In this document: one piece after another, positions 54,788 through 64,000 of the stretch
Layout: each line of letters begins with the position of its first letter
Position numbering within the stretch: position 1 is the stretch's first letter
Assembly (NCBI GenBank): GCA_003344405.1
Contig: NOWV01000003.1
Coordinates: 1,054,001 to 1,118,000, forward strand
Reading direction: 5' to 3'
Origin: Trichoplax sp. H2
Taxonomy: Eukaryota
DNA: 64,000 bases
Made by a program: the position numbers and the translations under genes
Notes under the pieces: generated by a model
The model's database searches: none
Seen by the model: the letters and a program-made list of their open reading frames with translations, nothing else
Told to the model about the DNA's origin: nothing

Positions 54788-57700
54788 TTAGTCAGATTTT
54801 TTAACGGTACCAAGTTTCATGGGTCGATTTTTTTTCGCACCAGCAGCTCTTTTTTCTTTTAGTGCTTGCTGGCGTTGTCGCCTTTCTTCTCGTTTCTTTT
54901 CCGTGTTAAGAGACTTTTCTTCTTTTCTGTTCTGGTGTGAAGTCTGTACTTTTGATGGGGAAGACTCTTTCGCAGCGGATTGCGATGGTTCTCGTTGTGC
55001 CTCTTCTTCGAAAGGTTCCCATTCATCATTATCCCATCCACCTACGTGTTCGAATAAAAATAGAAATAGCTGCAATGTATAGTAGTAAGCTAAGATGAAA
55101 GCGTAATGGTAATGATACTTCAGTTTGAGTTATCACTTTAAGTCCCAGCTGAAACATTTGCGATAGCAACAGATTACCTGAATTTGCAGTATTTTGCTGT
55201 TCATTAGAATTACGTGATTGACTGTCACCCCAATCAGTTGTATTCCAATCCGACGTTTGACCCCATTCGCTAGTCTTTGCTGATATGTCACTATATGCAT
55301 TCTGATTCGAAATTTAAAAAGGTAAATTAATAATTTTAGTTCTATTAGCCCCTACTAGAAATACCAATATTTATATCATATAATCGATTGTAGTTTAGCA
55401 AGAACGATTAATTTGTAGATCAAAATACTGCGCACATTGCACTGTTGACAAAATAACCTACGTTGGCAACACAATACTTAATAATACCTAATTATGATGC
55501 TTTAACAATACCTGCTGTTTTCCTTTACTTTGTTTAATAGAACTATCGCCAAATGAAGTTTCCCAGTTAACATCATCCCAATCATCAGTTTTATCATTCA
55601 TGGAATTATCCTAAGAAATGTAACATAAATTATGATTATACATAAAAAAACATAATTCGAGATAGGTTGATCGTGGCTATTAGTTATAATTCAACTAACT
55701 AATGATGGCTGATCCCAATCATTTTCCCAGCCACCTCCACTAAAATCAATATCTGGCTGAGAATCATTTTTATATGTTTTTCCATTGAGATCTTCCGCAG
55801 ATTTTTGCTTCGATTCGTGGGTATCTTGATTTGCTTTCACAATAGTTCTTTCGTAATCTAAAAATGCGTAGATTATATGTGCATTTAGTGTTATAGTATC
55901 ACCAATGAAGAGGTTAATTGTTGTTGCGAACATCATAAAATAAAGCAGGTTTCTCTTACCATTACTAGAACTTTTGGTATTATCTGTTTGATTTTCATCA
56001 GGGCCTTTCGTAATTATTTTAGACGCTAGCGAATTTACAGCCCAACCAGCCCAGGAAGAGGCAGCCCCTGCAGCAGTTGCGGCGAGTCCTTGATCGTCAT
56101 TTACGGTACCTTTATTTATAATAGGTAAAACATGTTTTCATGCACAAGTTCAGAAATATAATCCGTTGACAAATTACCGAATGTACTGTAGGCGTATAAG
56201 AGTGCTAAATTATAATAGAAAATTTAGTCATCTAGTTAAAAAGATTTATCAACAATCTACATTTCCATATCTTCAATTTACCATTTTCAGTAGGTTCCCT
56301 TTTCATCTGCTCTGAATAGCTTTCCATAATAGCTAGAAACTGTCGAATACTTGCAAAAATCTATAATGGAGATGAATAGTGGTATAAATTGAGCTTGGAA
56401 CGCATGAAATGAAAACAGATTACATATACAAAAATATATATTTTTAAAAAGTATATTGGGTTTTATTATACCGAAATGATATAGTAACTGTAAATCGGCA
56501 TTTCAATACCTGGTCTCTTACTGACTTATCAGAATCTAAAGTTTTCGAGCATAAGTTAGGAAGAATTTTTTCCGCGATATCCTTTTGCGAGTAGTAAGAT
56601 TTAGTTGCAGCAAATCCGAGAATGCCAGCAATGCGAGCAGGTGGGAATGGATCTTGCATAGCACGTAAAAAAGCTGTTGCCAGAACCCGCTGGCGAGTCT
56701 AAATTGCAAATATATTAATTTCATGAAATAGAACAAACGAGTAGAAACCCGAACAGACTTTCAGTAATTCGGTGATGCAATTGTAGTTACATTGAATTAC
56801 TAAAATGTGCCATAATTATACCAACAACTAGTAATAGAAATTTTTCATTCTATAGTTCTGTATATGTATTGCAATTATATTAGATAATCATAATTTATCT
56901 GTGTACTGAGTCGAATAGATATCTATCGTATTAGTGAGCATTTGGTAGTAGATCTATATCAGGGGAAGAGGTGCGGCATAGCGCAAAATTTAGCAGGAGT
57001 TTTTAAAAAATTAGGGCAATATATGCTCGGATATTCTAATTTGCTGTTAATGAAACTTACGGCTTCACTGAAGTGACAGGCAACTTTTCCCAAGCAAATC
57101 GTAGTATTAGTCCTAATACTAGATTGTTCATCTTGTTGTAGTATAGCAAAATGCTTTAGTAAATCCTTTGAAATAGTTGATTCCGATAATTTGGGAACGA
57201 GCAGAACCATAGACTTACATGTAAGTTAAAAATTAATACAAACATCAATAGTTAGTTTTCAAAAAAAACAAAATTTATTGAGCGTTATAATACTTTTATT
57301 GTTTCCTCTCTTAATGCCGGTACAGTATCGGTAAAGCCCGTAGCCAATTGGGGGTATATTTGTGAGTCGACTACTTTTGGATTTAGATATTTGGCAAAAA
57401 ATTCCATCTAATAGTTAAATTTTTAACAAGCAGAAGATCCATGTAATCCATTAATTTGTATATATATATATGAGATAAAATATTTATACGAAATTAAGAG
57501 GGTTTTAAAATATTTCGTAGGGTTATTTTGACCATAAATGTACCTGCTGTAACAGATTAATCCTAGTGCTTCGATCTGGCGATGAAAACAACTTAATAAT
57601 ACACGGTATAACTTTTTCTTGATATTCCTCATCTGTTAGATGACGTCCAATCTATCATAAAGTATAAAATAAGTTTCATTAATGGTCATAATTATTAGGA

Positions 57701-60700
57701 ATTAAGTGGATCACACTTGTTGAGCACATCAATATATTATACGAATGAATCACCTTTATTAAGGGCTGTAGAACTGCGGATCCAGCCCCGCCAAACTCAA
57801 AAGCATTAATTAATTGTGGTAGCAACCTTTGTTTACAAAATTTGACAGGAAATTCATCTACATGATCGTTTAAGGATTTAAAGAATGCCGTTTTTTCGTC
57901 TGTATCTTTGAGCTAAGAAAATGAATTTGATATTTAGTAATGCTAACAAAAATAGCTTTGGCATAGGGATATGATCATGTTGCATAAAAGATCATTTTAA
58001 CTCGATAAGCTTTAAAAAATACGAAAATAAAATCTATATAATTATTAATCATGACATATTACGGTATGTAGAAGTGTTAAATTTGATTGAAAAACTATAT
58101 GCAACATGAAACAATCAAATTGCATCGTTCTTACCTGTAATTCCTCTAAGAATAGATTAGTGTCTACATAACTATTCTTCATAAAGCCACCATCAGATCT
58201 GCAATGGTCGATTAGTTGGCGCGGGCTTGGACGTAAATGAGGTTTCGGACTTATCATTTTTCGATAATGCGTTATTAATAATTTTGGGATCTGTGGTAAT
58301 CAAGGTAGTAAAGCATACTTAACAAAAGGCGGAGATAGATACCTACGTTACGGTTTTTAACTTAAAAGCACGGTAATAAAATGATACTTGACAAGATCTT
58401 ACCTTCATAGTATTACTCAATGAGGATGATTCCGATAAAGGTCCATTGAATAATTCCCAAATAAGACTGCCTATAGATTGTATATCATTTGACCTAAAAG
58501 AGAAACAATTATGGAAGTGTAGTCCAGGAAGAATTAAGAAGATTTTATAAGAACTATTTCAATAAAATAATTTTTAGGAAGTGTAATTTAAAGATTATTA
58601 ATAAATAAGACATACCAACATTCAGTTTTCCCTTCGTCTTGAAAGTAATGCTTATATTTACTGAGAGCTGGGAAGACTTTTGTCGGTATTAAGGTTGATG
58701 GCTCAGCATTATTATGAGCAAAACCAAAACCGCCCAGTTTCCAGTCGCCAAATTTATCGACGAAAATGGAATTTATAGTGATGTTATTATGGATTATTTT
58801 GCAATCGATATTGAGAAAGGATGCAATTTTCTATAAAATAAGGAGTGTAACTTAAAGATGATGCTTTTAAATATTGTTTTAGTTAATATTTCATAAAATT
58901 AGTTAAACAGGAGTACTGAAGCAATTACTAGTATCTGATATAGTCCCCAAGAAATTTCATATTCATTGCGATCGCTTTCTTCATTAACGTAATCGATTAA
59001 CGGTACGACATGTTCCGTTACCAGCGAAATATTACCATCAGTCTATATTTTATGCGTGCACGTACCAACATAATTTAGAGTTAATTTAGTTAAAAATATT
59101 TAGCAAATTTTAAATATAAACATAGCGTTAAAAGAATAAAAATAGTAATTTATTAACTAATATGAAAGGCCGAAATTAATTTTATTTAGTTTGCGGATTA
59201 CTCATTTTACATACGTTTTACCATAAATAATATCATCAATCTTACTTCTAGTCCGTCGATATATTTCAAAACGTTAGGATGTCTCGTCGTTTTAATACGC
59301 TTGTAATCAGCTTTGGCAACATTACCCTACAAAGTAATTATGGCGAGACGATTACATTAGTGGAAAGTTAGCTACAGTAAAGAGGTAATATATCCTATAC
59401 GCTTGAAAGTAAAGAATTTAGCTTCTTCTTCAGTTATGAACATTAGAAACATTGTCTTTGGATGGTGTAAATACTGTTATCATCAATCTATAATTAATGT
59501 ATATAGTGTGTATTACTGTATAAATTCTCAATCTAGCATACTATACAACACGCATGTACTAGACGGTACAAAATACTACATAGCGTTTAAAAATAGATTC
59601 AAATTGCAACGAGTAAGGGTGTGGTATAATCTAGAAAGCTTTATAGGTAGGATACGAACTAGCTGCGATATGAGAATACTGTATTAAGACCCTAAATATG
59701 CACTTCATTTGGTGGTAAGTTGCGAGGTATATATTATACATGACCAAATATATACTTTACTATTACAGTATATCTAAACCAACCTGATCAGTGCCAACTT
59801 TGCTAATGTCGCAAATAAATATTGAGACTTTTTCACCTCCATTCTATAAAGAGATAGAGCAGAGTGTTAGTAGTATAGAGCTGATTTTCAATATACTGTA
59901 TCTTGCTAGGATTCGCATAATGATGAAGAAAGTGCTGCAGTATTATATATTTCCTGATTTAGCAGAGTTTTACTTCTCATAAGACAGTAGAGTAGGGATA
60001 ATATGTATAATACAGTCATGGCACAGTATATTAATTTGATAAACAGTTTGGAAATCTTAATTATACGAATACGAGTACGTGCGTATGTACAATAGTACAA
60101 ACGCACTCTATATTAAATATGAGGCACGTGTATGATCTTTAAATGCATACAAAATGATTGTTCATCTAATACCCTTGGCATGGTGATTTCAATCTATTAT
60201 TTGGTAAACGTGTCAGATAAGTGATGGGATAATACTGCATAGTTGACTATAGAGTAAGGTAAGACTTTGCCGATAACTTCATCTACTGAATATAGTTCTG
60301 GATGGATAAAACTGGGAAAGATATAGAGATCGTCATATATCTTCCCACAAAACTTTAAGTTATTGCTATTGGTTTATTACGGCAGTTTATTCTACACTTG
60401 TGGATCAATGATATTATCAATAAATACGATTAACACAAGACGTACTCGTATAGAACCAAGTACTGTATATCATTATTTCGATTGTATATTTCTATCACTA
60501 CGTAGTGTCGCTAGTATCGTTTGAGCATCTATCAATACTTATCATGTATTGAATCCATACTATAAACCATCGCTAATAGCTAGTCTATGAAATAATGTAA
60601 TTTAGAAAGACCTAATATTCTAACGACGTAAATTTCCAACATTATCTAATCTTGCCTCATTCCTTCTAGGAGTCATTTACGTTAACAGTGATAATTATAT

Positions 60701-60844
60701 AATTATTAGCTAACATACAATTTTTTTCCCTTCATACAATGTCCATGGTGATATCTCTTCTCCAAAATCGATCTTTTCTCCCATTTCGTATGGAAAGTTG
60801 GCGTTCAATTTACCTTGACTTACTTTGGATATCCAAGACCACAT
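54788..60844 (-). CDS. SCYL1: SCY1-like pseudokinase 1 (pseudokinase + HEAT repeats + COPI-binding tail)
   Basis: MWSW...FPYE start, [18 protein letters not shown]...GDWKLGGF (degenerate catalytic motifs), HEAT region ([21 protein letters not shown]), [10 protein letters not shown], acidic GGW/DDW repeats and a C-terminal [10 protein letters not shown] dibasic motif. Confidence 0.95.
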
Positions 60845-61439
60845 ACTGTACTCGATGAACTTTCTATCTGATATGGAATGATTCTAATTGATGAGGTTTT
60901 CAAAAGAGGTAGTTAAGTAAAGTGCCCGATGGCAACTGATCTGTCGTAGGATCCACTTTTAGGCTTCTCTTTGAAAATGATAGTAATTTGGGTCACCGTC
61001 AAGCTTCCTTGCGACCAGTAGCTACAGTTATAAATATCAAGAATTTTGTAATTAATTTATTTGACCCAAGATTGATATACTGTACGTATACTAAATATTG
61101 TACAGTAAAATCCTTGAACCTTAATAACTTGTACTGTAAATAGATAGAATATACTGTCTACTGTACACGTAGTACAATTGACTACACTTTTTCTTTAATT
61201 AGCAATAATAGCCATTACCAAATGGATCGATTATTATCATTCTCTTTTACTTACTGTAAATAACTGTAAAATAGTATTTATTAGGTGGAGTTTTTGAATG
61301 GATGGCTTGCAGTAATGGAATGGGCCACTTTGCTCAGTGGATATTGTTAGTGCTATGCCGTAAATTAACTCAGTCTTACAACAGTACTCATAGAGGTAAG
61401 AAAGGTTTTACTGTGTACCTCTAGTTCTTACTTGCCGAG

Positions 61440-61700
61440 TGGATTTATACGGTACTGTACTGTACTGTACATACTGTCCAATACTAACAGAACTCTTTAC
61501 TGCATACAGTACAGTACTGTACAGTACTGTACTACACACTGTAACTGTACTATACTGTACAGTGTACATACAGTACTGTGTGTACACTACAGCAGTGTTG
61601 TTTGTCCTGTATGAAGGTCTACGGCTACTGCATACAGTACTGTAGAGTTGAGAAAACTCCATAGCTACTGTCCTAAATGTACAGTACATCGTATGATACG
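61440..61700. promoter_or_regulatory. TACTGTA/TACAGTA array upstream of SCYL1
   Basis: Dense tactgtactgtactgtac and tacagtacagtactgtacagtactgtac runs ~600-850 bp upstream of the ATG at 60844, with further copies at 61075-61205. Confidence 0.55.
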
Positions 61701-62118
61701 GTATGGCACCTGTTTTGCACAGACGCATTGCGATTGGGATTGCAATTGATGCAATCAAGCTAGTATATTATAGAAATACGTCATTTAAAAACCTAGAAGT
61801 TACCGTAAATTCTCATTTATACAAGGTAAACAGTTTGATTGGCAAATATACAGTATATACTGTACGAGTATAATACTCGCTAACAGAACGATCACAATTG
61901 TGTCATGATCGATCTGTTAATTTTAATCTTGTGCAAGTTGGCTTTGCCACAACTTGAAATGAAAGACCTTCTACTTCTTTGATCAATCATACTCGTGCAG
62001 CAGTTTTTAATTACTTGTTGTACAAAAATTCATTTGTGAATGACTTACACGGCTAGGATAATAAGAAGCTACGGTTTTTTATTCATTTTGTCGTCTAATA
62101 ACGACTGCCGTTGCTGTT

Positions 62119-62308
62119 CAAATATCGTATTAATTCTAGCAAGCTAGATTCTGATAATTAAATAAGCGATTGATAGTCTCCAAATATCGTATCAACTCTA
62201 GCATAGCTAGAGCCTGATAATTAAATAAACCATAGATAGTCTTCAAATATCGTATTAACTCTAGCAAAGCTAGATTCTGATGATTAAAATAAGCGATTGA
62301 CAATCTCC
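62119..62308. repeat. Minisatellite: three ~63-bp units, each with an internal palindrome
   Basis: Units start caaatatcgtat at 62119, 62181 and 62244. Each carries TCTAGC-n2/3-GCTAGA. Confidence 0.9.
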
Positions 62309-62553
62309 AATAACCGTAACGCTTTCTTATGATGGATACCGAATGTTGACGATACAGCAACAGCAACAGTAGATGGACTAAGTAGAGACAAAATATTGAC
62401 TGTATCTTTTAAACAACATAACTAATCTGCGAAATTACAATGCAATACACAGACAAAGATATCTATCTACTTCGTGATAAATTGAAAATCTTAGTGATAT
62501 TAAAGAAATGATACAGCAAGCAAACCAAGAGAAGGTACTGTAGGACTTCCATA

Positions 62554-62624
62554 TAAGTAGGAGCATCATCAAGGATAGTCTTTGCGAATGTGTGATTTCA
62601 GAGTATCCCATCAAAATCTACATA
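62554..62624 (-). promoter_or_regulatory. Candidate SECIS element in the SELENOW 3' UTR
   Basis: Minus-strand RNA: UAUGUAG AUUU UGAU GGGAUACUCU G AAA UCACACAUUCGCAA AGACUAUCCU UGAU GAUGCUC CUACUUA. This gives helix I, an internal loop, a UGAU/UGAU core, a 10-bp helix II with one C-C mismatch, and AAA 12 nt after the UGA. Confidence 0.75.
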
Positions 62625-62826
62625 GCCTTCAATTTCTTCACCAACCTAGTTAAGGTAATAACAGATTTTAATTACCGTTCATAATTATTTTACCACTTTA
62701 ATCATTACCGAAGTGTAATTCAAGGCTAATACAGTATTTCAGGTCAGCAAATATAACAAAGTTGTGAATTCTTTAAACACTTACTCATATTATTTCTTTG
62801 TCGAGAACTGAGGATTCGTCGACCTG

Positions 62827-63857
62827 TTACTTCAGGTGCTCTCCAATTGCCTTAATAATCTTCTGCATTTTCGCCTCAGTATCTACATATCCGTCACCAG
62901 CCTGATAGGTAAGATGGAAAAAATGTCAAGCCCTCGGAGCAGAATTCGATCGCGTAAATTAAATATTTACGTAGGTTATTTATCTAAGGATAATTTCATT
63001 CATAACCCGATAGCGAAAGTTCGGTTAGACGTAATTACCTTTTTAGAATGAATTAGTTTTCCACCAACAATTTTTACTTCAAAATATGATGTAAACTCTG
63101 GAGTTGCTTCACCGGTCTGGAGTAGATAAAGCATTGGTATGATGAAATTTGAAACATTATTTTATATACGGTATGTTGAAAAAGAATTATTTTTCAATCG
63201 CTACCATGCTATCATCAATATGTAATGAGGGCACTTTAATTTGAAACGCAGTTCGTGTTTGCACCGCTGTAAATTATTTTGGTGTACAAGCATAGTACTA
63301 ACGGACACTTTAACAACTGCACGCTCCAAATGATACGTATATAGTGTTGCGGTATATTGCATGCACTAATTCATTTTGCAATTACGATTGTATTTTACAG
63401 TTGCGTTCAAAATTAGATGTACTTGTAGCGTAGAGACTTGATTTGTACATGATTGTACAGTAATAAAGATTGAATGCTAGCTGATCAATCTTATAGTAGA
63501 GAAGATTTGTAAAATCAAAGGCAGAGTGAGGTACAATACACTTGAAATGCACTGTAAGTGCATGTCAATGATGCATGATGTAAAATTTGTACGGTTGCAG
63601 GCGAACGGAGCAAAATATAAAACATCAGGATGGAGATTATCATTAAGTCATATTAGTACTATAAGCTGTCAGTATTATTCATTTCAGTCATGAGCCTCGG
63701 GATGACTACTAATTGTGTTGTCTTCAATTTTTTATCTTAACCGATATAAACTATATACTGTAATCCGTTTATGGTTAATGCTAAATTACTATCATGTACT
63801 TACAACTTGGATATCGTTCCCAAATTCATCGTAGAGCATATCCCGTACAGTTCTGAA
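62827..63857 (-). CDS. SELENOW: Selenoprotein W (Rdx family), 3' three coding exons; the 5' CxxU exons lie beyond the window
   Basis: Exons 63857-63804 (FRTVRDMLYDEFGNDIQV), 63116-63039 (TGEATPEFTSYFEVKIVGGKLIHSKK) and 62901-62827 (AGDGYVDTEAKMQKIIKAIGEHLK*), all phase 0 with GT-AG boundaries. They match the SelW motif FEV..GKLIHSKK.GDGYVDTE.K. Confidence 0.92.
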
Positions 63858-64000
63858 CTATTTAATTTTTAAAATAAGATTTAGTTAGAGAAAGGATTAC
63901 AAATCCGATGGCATGTATGTCTATTTGAGCAAATTCCATTATTTAGCTGAAACATAGAGATACGTATGAGCATATAGCACTATTATAGTTAGCATGCTTT

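Noticed and set aside
58620..58830. Loss of the HRD/DFG kinase motifs in SCYL1
   Set aside because: Expected: SCYL proteins are established pseudokinases.
61408..61758. Overlapping ORFs rich in Y/S/T/V/L/C on both strands (also 30024-30521 and 26866-27127)
   Set aside because: These are translations of TACTGTA/TACAGTA arrays, which lack stop codons. They have no protein-like features.
62119..62308. CRISPR-like array (spaced palindromic repeats) or an LRR-coding ORF at 62136-62366
   Set aside because: Whole units are similar, so there are no unique spacers. There are no cas genes and the context is eukaryotic. Unit lengths of 62/63/64 break the frame, so the ORF is a repeat artefact.

Overview
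AT-rich, gene-dense eukaryotic DNA with many short GT-AG introns. The gene content and architecture fit a basal animal, and the style suggests a placozoan such as Trichoplax (inference). Manual splicing on both strands gives about 10 genes. In order: a TPR protein (-); a 15-exon ~1100-aa mosaic protein (acidic N-terminus, three unassigned beta-rich repeats, Ig-like, malectin, FBA lectin-like) (-); alpha-spectrin (-); a P2X ATP-gated channel (+, head-to-head with spectrin); a catalytically degenerate 3-hydroxyacyl-CoA dehydrogenase NAD-binding domain fused to a RING finger (+); an SLC25 carnitine/acylcarnitine-type carrier (-); BPNT1 (-); a PH-RhoGAP-coiled-coil ARHGAP22/24/25-like gene (-); SCYL1 (-); and the 3' part of selenoprotein W with a candidate non-canonical (UUGA) SECIS (-). 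The ORF track misses SELENOW entirely. Dense self-complementary TACTGTA/TACAGTA arrays mark gene 5' ends. The best candidates for new biology are the malectin+FBA mosaic protein with its abutting TPR gene and the pseudo-dehydrogenase-RING fusion. All gene models are hand-assembled and no database searches were run.
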